Assembly: GCA_046758705.1 (NCBI GenBank)
Contig: JBHIAT010000076.1
Location: 1 to 16,248, forward strand
Length of the DNA: 16,248 nucleotides
From: Candidatus Bipolaricaulia bacterium
Lineage (GTDB): Bacteria > Bipolaricaulota > Bipolaricaulia > JBHIAT01
Direction: 5' to 3'
The number at the start of each line of letters is the position of its first letter. The stretch's first letter is position 1. The position numbers and the translations under genes are program-made. The notes under the pieces are model-generated. The model saw only the letters and a program-made list of their open reading frames with translations, was not told where the DNA came from and ran no database searches. This document shows positions 16,051 to 16,248 of the stretch, piece after piece.

Positions 16051-16248
16051 ATGAAAGATCGATGCTTTGTTTGTAAGGGCGATACCCACAACGCCAAGGC
16101 CATTGAACTCGACTTGAGCCTTGTGTCATTCAAGAAAGCGGCAGCCCAGGGGGCCAAGATTGAGGTGCCCCCCTACCCGGTGTTGGTCTACTTGTGCCAC
16201 GAGTGCATTAAAAAGATGTATCGCGAGATCAGTGACACCGAGACCGAG
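16051..16248 (+). CDS. Hypothetical CxxC...CxxC (zinc-ribbon-like) protein, partial at the window edge
   Basis: GGAGGAG RBS, then an open frame of 66 codons: MKDRCFVCKGDTHNAKAIELDLSLVSFKKAAAQGAKIEVPPYPVLVYLCHECIKKMYREISDTETE. It is absent from the ORF track because no stop is reached. Confidence 0.7.
   Translation, partial: MKDRCFVCKGDTHNAKAIELDLSLVSFKKAAAQGAKIEVPPYPVLVYLCHECIKKMYREISDTETE

Noticed and set aside
15797-16089. Short ORFs 15797-16054, 15855-16076 and 15865-16089
   Set aside because: They have no RBS or recognisable motif, overlap each other and cover the structured element.
1-16248. CRISPR array, tRNA/rRNA, transposase, integrase or reverse transcriptase
   Set aside because: I saw no regularly spaced repeats, cloverleaf/rRNA motifs or recombinase/RT motifs, so any repeat-mediated switching would need host or trans-acting enzymes.

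Overview
Bacterial DNA of moderately high GC. Most of the window is one co-directional minus-strand catabolic cluster read from a good sigma70-type promoter at ~15267-15295. Gene order: DUF1177-family protein, a Dpp/Opp ABC importer (SBP, two permeases, two ATPases), an AroM-family protein, a lone hydantoinase B/oxoprolinase subunit, an ornithine cyclodeaminase/mu-crystallin enzyme, a GNAT fragment, a second frameshifted DUF1177 copy, a secreted GH5-type glycoside hydrolase and two M20 peptidases, the last cut off at an IS/MITE-like end. Thioredoxin and a partial CxxC...CxxC ORF run divergently at the right end. The most striking feature is a ~1.1-kb imperfect direct repeat (3772-4874 vs 14098-15189) holding DUF1177, the intergenic RBS and an SBP signal peptide. 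In one copy the signal peptide leads the ABC substrate-binding protein; in the other it is fused three residues past the predicted cleavage site to the glycoside hydrolase. All family calls come from motif recognition by eye; no database search was run.
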